Of a stretch of DNA of 64,000 nucleotides, positions 59,551 to 64,000 are shown one piece after another. Where the stretch lies: NCBI GenBank assembly GCA_001784175.1, contig MFPR01000004.1:62001-126000 (forward strand). The letters are read 5' to 3'. The DNA comes from Candidatus Lindowbacteria bacterium RIFCSPLOWO2_12_FULL_62_27 (GTDB lineage Bacteria; Lindowbacteria; 2-12-FULL-62-27). A program made the position numbers and the translations under genes. The notes below the pieces were generated by a model. It did no database searches. It was not told where the DNA came from and was given only the letters and a program-made list of their open reading frames with translations. The first letter of the stretch is position 1, and each line of letters opens with the position of its first letter.

Positions 59551-62245
<2,695 letters not shown>

Positions 62246-62339
62246 GGCGTTGCTAAAATAGGTTATTTGGGAATTTCTGACAAGCCGTATATGCGGTGTG
62301 CGCGGTAAAAACGATTTAGTAGATGAATCTATCATTTTG

Positions 62340-62368
62340 TTGATTTGCGCCCCCGTCTGCGGTATGAT
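62340..62368 (+). promoter_or_regulatory. Sigma70 promoter for probable leaderless mRNA
   Basis: TTGATT-17-TATGAT-6-ATG; no SD sequence. Confidence 0.6.
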
Positions 62369-62374
62369 CCCGCC

Positions 62375-63592
62375 ATGAGAAACTTTGTCCGCTCCCAGAC
62401 GCGGATGCTGATGGGCAGATTGGCGGAACCCCCAAGGCTGATCCAGATCGTGGCCGGGCCGCGGCAGGTGGGGAAAACGACGGCGCTGGCGCAGGCCGTC
62501 CGGGCGTTTCGCGGACGCGGATTTGCGTCTGTCTCCGTCAGCGCCGACGCCCTCGCCGCTCCCCCCCGGGACTGGATATCAGAACAGTGGGCCCGCGCCA
62601 ACCGGATCGCGAAGTCGGGCCGGCCGGTCATTCTGGCGTTTGATGAGCTGCAGAAGATTCCGGGCTGGAGCGAAACCGTGAAATTGGAGTTCGACCGCAA
62701 CCAGCGGCGGAGGCGGGGCGCGCGGCCGCGCGTGGTTTTGACGGGCTCGTCGGCGTTGATGGTGGAGAAGGGGCTGACCGAAAGCCTGGCGGGACGATTC
62801 GAGCTGATTCGATTTCCGCATTGGAATCTGGATGAAGAAATGCGGGCATTTCGCCGCCGGCCGGATGATTTCCTCGGCCTGGGCGGATACCCGCGTCTGG
62901 CCGAATTCAAATCCGACTTCCCACGGTTTCTTCAATACGTCCGGGACGCCGTCATCGAGCCGGTCCTGAGCAGGGACATTCTCCTGCTACATCCGGTGGA
63001 CAAGCCGGCGCTCTTGCGCCGCCTGTTTGAATTTGCCTGCCATCATCCGGCCGAAATCGTGTCTCTTCAGAAGATGCTCGGCCAGCTCACCGACCGCGGC
63101 AACGTCACGGTCATTTCGCATTACCTGGATCTTCTGGCCAAGGCGTTTTTGGTGACGCCGCTGCAAAAGTTCAGCCGGGAAATACTGCGAGTGCGCGCGT
63201 CCAGCCCCAAACTCATCGTGATGGCCCAGGCGCTCATCGCCGCCGTCCAAAACAAAACGCCGGCGGAGCTTGCCGTCGATCGCGAACGGCTTGGCCGCTG
63301 GGCCGAAAACGCCGTCGGCGCCCACCTGATCCGGTCCGGTCTCGACGTTTTCTACTGGCGCGACCGCGATCGGGAAATCGACTTCATCGCCGGGAAAGGC
63401 TCGGACCTGATGGCCATCGAAGTAACCTCCGGCGAACGCGGCCATTCGGCGGCGGCCGTCGAACGCCTGGCCGGCAACCTCGGCATTCACCGGTTCCTCC
63501 TCGTCGGTCCCGGCGGCGTGGACATCCCCCGGTTCCTCCGAACCCCTCCTGACCGCTGGCTCAAAAAACCCGGCGGTACTCTCGGCGGATGA
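62375..63592 (+). CDS. AAA_14-family ATPase with DUF4143-like C-terminal domain
   Basis: [35 protein letters not shown]...EIDF...AIEV. Confidence 0.9.
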   Translation: MRNFVRSQTRMLMGRLAEPPRLIQIVAGPRQVGKTTALAQAVRAFRGRGFASVSVSADALAAPPRDWISEQWARANRIAKSGRPVILAFDELQKIPGWSETVKLEFDRNQRRRRGARPRVVLTGSSALMVEKGLTESLAGRFELIRFPHWNLDEEMRAFRRRPDDFLGLGGYPRLAEFKSDFPRFLQYVRDAVIEPVLSRDILLLHPVDKPALLRRLFEFACHHPAEIVSLQKMLGQLTDRGNVTVISHYLDLLAKAFLVTPLQKFSREILRVRASSPKLIVMAQALIAAVQNKTPAELAVDRERLGRWAENAVGAHLIRSGLDVFYWRDRDREIDFIAGKGSDLMAIEVTSGERGHSAAAVERLAGNLGIHRFLLVGPGGVDIPRFLRTPPDRWLKKPGGTLGG

Positions 63593-63684
63593 AATGCGGA
63601 AACACGGCGGCCATCGAGGTTGCGGGGCTGACCAAAATCTTTCGCATCACGATATATCCAAAACGTGAGAGGTTGGTGGATCAG

Positions 63685-63975
63685 TCAAGCTGCCCTGCGG
63701 CGGGTCTTGCGCTCCTTTCGATCCGCCTCCTCCACCGCACGGACAACTTCTTTCCTGGAATATCTCCGCCCTTCGGCCGCGAGTCTTTGATTGAAAAGAT
63801 CCATCAGTCTCCTGCTGTTCGATACCAGGAAGACCTCGACGTCAAAATCATCAGCCAGCGGCAGAACACCGGCCCACGGCCGTCCGTGTTTGGTAATCAC
63901 CAGCGGCTCCTGCCTGACGCGGTTCATGCACAGGCTCAAATTCTGCTTGAAATCCTTCATGCTTCGGATTGCCAT
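63685..63975 (-). CDS. Phd/YefM-family antitoxin
   Basis: SMKDFKQNLS...V..EPLVITKHGRP..V..P; partner toxin is probably beyond the window edge. Confidence 0.8.
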   Translation of the reverse strand: MAIRSMKDFKQNLSLCMNRVRQEPLVITKHGRPWAGVLPLADDFDVEVFLVSNSRRLMDLFNQRLAAEGRRYSRKEVVRAVEEADRKERKTRRRAA

Positions 63976-64000
63976 TGCGCATACACCTTTCCGCGGACCC

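Overview
High-GC bacterial chromosomal window; the lineage cannot be identified from sequence alone. In order: (1) a periplasmic, anammox/Nitrospira-type nitrite oxidoreductase/nitrate reductase (NXR) cluster: partial heme-b subunit, Zn-finger hypothetical, nxrA with a Tat lipoprotein signal, nxrB, TorD-like chaperone and a small hypothetical. It is followed by a putative sigma54/IHF-driven DUF1858-NnrS gene and a cNMP-domain Na+/H+ antiporter. (2) ilvN-ilvC-psd-pssA-leuA and a large cNMP protein. (3) An envelope region: GT-C/TPR protein, histidine kinase, membrane-fused spermidine synthase-like protein, O-antigen-ligase-like protein and type IV pilin. (4) dnaE-accA-pfp-murF. (5) A lower-GC TPR islet carrying an intact 137-bp MITE. 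(6) An atypical rnpB. (7) A housekeeping operon from a radical SAM gene to rpe, preceded by cheX. (8) cysM-cysO-sufT and a CbiH-CbiL fusion. (9) An 11-gene Rrf2/Suf Fe-S operon, acnA, an AAA ATPase and a Phd antitoxin. The most notable signals are the lipid-anchored NXR-type enzyme, several repeat families absorbed in-frame into proteins, an RNase P RNA with hybrid architecture, and recurrent leaderless promoters. All calls come from motif recognition by eye; no searches were run.
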